A stretch of DNA of 64,000 bases. Source: Scyliorhinus canicula (Eukaryota). The stretch covers positions 122,971,031-123,035,030 of the forward strand of contig NC_052155.1 of assembly GCF_902713615.1 (NCBI RefSeq). Direction: 5' to 3'. Each line of letters opens with the position of its first letter. The stretch's first letter is position 1. The translations under genes and the position numbers were made by a program. The notes beneath the pieces were generated by a model. The model saw only the letters and a program-made list of their open reading frames with translations, searched no databases and had not been told where the DNA came from. Shown here in pieces: positions 62,560 to 64,000 of this stretch.

Positions 62560-63890
62560 TCCTAATAGCACACATCTAACCCCCACATTATCCTGTGTGG
62601 AATTAAGTCACTGTCCCTTCATTATTGATGATAGAAACCCTGCATATGGTTCAGAACATGTACTTTCTGATGCGACCATCAATTCACACGAGACAGAGAG
62701 TTGAAGTGAACAGTGGCTTTAATCAACTAGAACAGTGCCTGCCTGCGACTGCTCTGCACTGAGAACCGCCTTACAGGGGGGCAGCTACTCTATATACCTC
62801 CCCTCAAGGGGGCGGAGCCAGTGGGGAGCCCACAAGGGCACCAACATGATACAAGCGGTGTAATACAGTACAATGGTCCATAGGTGGAGCCCACAAGGGC
62901 AACAACACTGTAGTACAATGTAATACAGTGGTGAATGGTTACCATAATACGTTCACCACACTTTCCATCTGAACTCATAAAGGGTCAGTTAACCTCATGA
63001 GTATCTATGCTCCAACCCTGTGCTCCACTACAGAGGCGAAAGACCAATTTTGTTAGGAGCTTGACACTATCAACAAAATTCCTAAGTTAAAATATCTTTA
63101 CCAACTGAGAAATTTCAATGAAAGAATGGGTGTGATCCCCGAGACCTCCTGCCTCAGACAACATGGCCTGGAAAGATAAATGAGCGAAGACTGAGACTAC
63201 TTGTGTTTTGCTGCTACTATGAGCTTTTGTAACTAACACCTTGTTCAGAACTAACCATGCCACAAGGTGTCCTGGAGATGTGCAGGATCAGGGCATTGGC
63301 ACGAACTGGATCTGATCGTCACCAGGTGTGACTCTCTGAGCAGCATTCACAACACATGCAGTACCATCGCGCTGACTGTGACACAGATCACTCCCTGGAG
63401 TGCACCAGGGTGAGGATGCGGCCCTTGAAAATTTTTCATTCAAAGCAGAAGTGCCAACCTCAGATCAACATTAGCCTTACGGCTTGTCCAGATAACCACC
63501 CATAGTTCCTATCTTCAACTGAACAGATGCTCTCTCCCACACAGAGTGCAGAAATGAAATGGATCATACTTTGAGACAGCATCTCAATACAGTACTGCAC
63601 TTTCAACAGACGAGGAACAAGAGCTGAAAAATGCTCATGGTTCAAGGCTAATATCATTGTGATGGAATCTGTCATTGAAGTCAAGCAATTTGACCTCATT
63701 GAATACAAGCGAGATCAGAGTAAAAAGACTCTGAATGCACTAACAGCCACTTGAAGTAAAGTTCGCCAAACTGATAGGTGGTGCACCAATGATGACTAGT
63801 TACAACTGGTGCCAAAATATCCAGATGTCCTTTGACGTGGGAAATGCATGAAAGGATCAAAACGATAGCAGACTGCAATAAACAGTTGGA
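62560..63890 (+). mobile_element. RTE-clade LINE endonuclease fragment
   Basis: SIYAPTL..TEAKDQF, TNT.F, HKVSWR..SGHWH.LDLIVTR and ADCDTDHSL motifs. Confidence 0.8.
62668..62960 (-). mobile_element. Solo LTR
   Basis: TG...CA termini and perfect 5-bp TSD ctttc (62663-62667, 62961-62965). TATA and ATTAAA on the minus strand. Confidence 0.85.
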
Positions 63891-64000
63891 GAGATGGGTG
63901 AGTGTAAATTTGATTCATTAGCCCAAGACAATCCTGACACCAGTCAAATTCTTGAGGTCAGGGACGTTTATATAAAGTGTTCAGGAACCCCCACTTGTAG

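Overview
Repeat-rich vertebrate genomic DNA, most likely from a shark (inferred from abundant HE1-type V-SINEs, CR1/HER1-type LINEs and Deu-domain SINEs). The only host gene I can support is a neuronal stathmin on the + strand, most likely STMN2/SCG10 (STMN3 not fully excluded). Coding exons 2-5 lie at 21761-21856, 22381-22556, 26720-26911 and 36474-36533, followed by a 3'UTR with a poly(A) signal at 37273. Exon 1 was not found and is probably upstream of the window. Most of the rest is nested transposable elements: decayed Gypsy LTR elements and solo LTRs, L2/CR1/RTE LINEs (one near full-length CR1 with an esterase ORF1), many SINEs, and two Penelope-type terminal repeats carrying hammerhead-ribozyme cores. 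There is also a fossil two-gene PIF/Harbinger transposon (Myb/SANT gene plus DDE transposase) with more than 12 related GGG...CCC MITEs. Two of these MITEs have inflated into kilobase G/C-rich minisatellite arrays. A Tigger/pogo-type MITE is built from nested flip/flop hairpins. The long ORFs at 33-36 kb and 42-43.5 kb are repeat artefacts. Repeat boundaries are approximate unless a TSD is quoted, and family names come from remembered motifs, not database searches.
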